A DNA stretch of 64,000 bases from Callorhinchus milii (lineage: Eukaryota), in NCBI RefSeq assembly GCF_018977255.1, contig NW_024704743.1, positions 114,764,001-114,828,000 on the forward strand, given 5' to 3'. Below are positions 61,720-64,000 of this stretch, one piece after another. The notes under the pieces are model-generated. The model was not told the DNA's origin. It saw only the letters and a list, made by a program, of their open reading frames with translations, and did no database searches. Both the position numbers and the translations under genes were made by a program. Each line of letters opens with the position of its first letter. Positions within the stretch are counted from its first letter, which is position 1.

Positions 61720-62213
61720 AATAACACTGCTTCAGATGAGGCGTCCTTTGGGTGAGATGTTAAACCAAAGACCTGTCTACTTGTTTAGGTGGATGTTAAA
61801 GATTCCAAGCCACAACTCAGAAAGTGAAGGGAGTTTCTCGTCAACAATCCCCGAGAAAACATTGGTCATTCACTTCACTTCATGGCTGTTTATGGGATAT
61901 TGCTGTGCACAAATTGGCTGCTACATTCACCTACAAAGTGCATCATCGCTAAACATTACAGTGTATCCTGGGAAGTGCTTTGACAAAGCAAAGCCTTGGG
62001 CAAGTTTCCTTATTTCACGCACCTGATAATAATCCTTCAAGAAGAAAAAACAATAATAAATTAGCCACTTCAATCCACAACTGTTTGTGGGATTGGCTGC
62101 CGTGTTTCACCCTCAAATATACACTCAAATCATTTTACAGTATATTCTGTGAAGCGCTTTGAAACGTCTAGAAGACGTGAAAAGCGTTATATCAAATGCA
62201 AGGATTTTTTTAT
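61720..62213 (+). mobile_element. Family B SINE body (61720-61985) followed directly by a headless family A short SINE (61990-62213)
   Basis: gtgagatgttaaacc...ggtggatgttaaagattcc...gaagtgctttga, then ccttgggcaagtttccttatt..cacctgataataatccttcaa...tail. Confidence 0.8.
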
Positions 62214-64000
62214 TTAGATATCCTCCTGAAAGACACTGTGTCAAATGTAAGGGTTATTATTTAACAACCAAATGGAACGTTTCACTCACTTCTTCTGTCT
62301 CAATTTCAGATTTTAATGAGGAAGGTATTAGCATATCAAATGGCTGAAGAGAAAACTTCAAGGACCCCACTGTTTGGCAGCCGGTTCTTATGGTCATTAC
62401 TGATACTATTTAAAACCATGAAGATGTGTAAAACTTCACATTTTTACATACAACTTCAGGGCTCCAGCGCAATGTCATTGGAAAAACTGCTGTAGCCAGA
62501 CTTCTGAGTCCGTCTGCTTTGGTGACTAGATCACAGTTCAGGAGGAAGAAGAGAGGGTAAAGGTGGAAAGTACAAAAGGATTGTTTATGTAGAAGAGACT
62601 GTCAAGCGGAGCACCCAACAGGGGGTAGGCTCTCCTTGAACTTCTCTTAACCCAATTGTTAATTTAGGCTTACACCTTTTACAAAGTTAACTTCCGTAAC
62701 TTAACCCACTTAGCTTAATTATCAACATTTGTTATCAGTAGATCACTCTTTCCAATTTATACTCTCAGCAGTCCCAACTCTGCTTTGAGTCCACTCCACT
62801 TTTTGTACAAAACACTTTGTTAATTCATGTGCAAGCATGAATCTTTTGAAGCTTATATTCTTGACACTGAAAACATTAAAATCGTGCCTTGCTCGCAGAT
62901 TTTCCTGTACAATTTCCATAGGGTTGGACTGCAAATAGTTTAATCCTTTTGTGATCAATACTTGCGTGTTAGCTGTCAGACAGATGTGATTATTACCTAT
63001 GGGGAATGTATCAGATTTCACATCTTGTATGAAACAGAGAGATCCTGTACCCACATCTTCTAGATTGGAATATTAAGTGTCAGCCGGTGGATGATTTAGA
63101 TTTTCTATCTGCTAGACACCTGAATTTCTTATGAATTACTGTCTGTGTTACTTGCCTGAGCTTCAGTCCGTCTAATAGATTTTACTTGCTGATTGATCTG
63201 ATACAAACAACTACATGCGAAAAATAACACTGTTTTTGAACCAACCATTCATCGTAAAATCAATTTTATTCTCCTTTGGTACAGGATCCAATAAATGATT
63301 TTTCGAGCACCAAAAGATGATTCCATTTAGTTTTGCTAGTCCAAATACTTACTATCTTGTTTATGGCAATGACAGGGCTTTGTAGGAGCTCTCCTAGACT
63401 ACCATTGGCGCTTTCAATAGATTAATCAATATTCGTTTCCATATAATTTATTTCCCCTAGAAATTGTAGGAATATGACTGAAATGGAATTAACTTTGTAT
63501 TATGACATTTGGTGAATTAATGTGCATCATTGGTCAGTATTGTCCATCTCTGAAACACCTTTATGCAAATGACACCATTTTCTCATCCTCTACTTTCTTA
63601 TGTTCTTTAATTGTACAATGTGCACTGACTTCACCATACTGTTAATAAATTACTGTTATTGCTGTGCAACAAACATGTGAGAAAAGCTTCTTGCACACCA
63701 ACCTTTGTTCGGGTAAAATAAGTGCTCAATGCAGCTGGTGGTCAAGTGCTGAGCATCTGTCGTACATTAAAATGTTTCCATTCACTGCAGGAATCCCAAT
63801 GCAGAAGTTGTAAGGTTCAAAATATTTACCAGGCAAAATAAGGTCTCATTTGCTAAGTGTGGCAATGCAGTGTTTCTTTGAGGCAATGAAGATAAATCAG
63901 TATGAAGCTTGTCAATTTTTCATTGTAATGGGTGGCATATATTTTTTACAAATTGCTCTATCTTTTGCTAATTTATCTCAACAGCTTTATCTTCAGTCTG

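Noticed and set aside
57852..64000. CPA6 exon 4 or a nested gene (e.g. ORF 62743-63054, acceptor-like sites at ~60728, 62309, 63284)
   Set aside because: No VLIEDLQ/RRS/YNYEVYH-like peptide was found, candidate acceptors lead quickly to stops, and the ORF has no recognisable homology.

Overview
Vertebrate genomic DNA, most likely a cartilaginous fish. A holocephalan such as Callorhinchus is plausible from the L2/CR1/tRNA-SINE content, but this is inference. Two protein-coding genes lie head-to-head. On the minus strand is the first coding exon of PREX2 (7364-7510, start of the DH domain, running off the left edge into intron 1). On the plus strand are coding exons 1-3 of carboxypeptidase A6, CPA6 (39094-39212, 50659-50734, 57727-57851; signal peptide and pro-domain). 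This is the same divergent PREX2/CPA6 arrangement as human 8q13. The rest is intron/intergenic DNA packed with retroposons: a young 5'-truncated L2 LINE with an uninterrupted RT frame, decayed L2 and CR1 fragments, and at least three SINE families, two of which carry the L2 3' tail. The most unusual structure is a ~2.5 kb, almost CpG-free, strand-skewed AGCT/GGGCA minisatellite starting ~65 bp upstream of the PREX2 ATG; it produces the spurious 900-1100 aa Pro-rich ORFs. Other oddities are an ~84 bp-arm inverted repeat in CPA6 intron 1, a modular tRNA-Ala/CORE-like/Deu-like/L2-tail SINE with two length subfamilies, repeated insertion of young SINEs into older tails, and several unexplained duplications and palindromes. 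I see no prokaryote-type system (CRISPR, operon) and cannot claim a confirmed new biological system. Repeat boundaries were read by eye and are approximate (about +/-10-20 bp).
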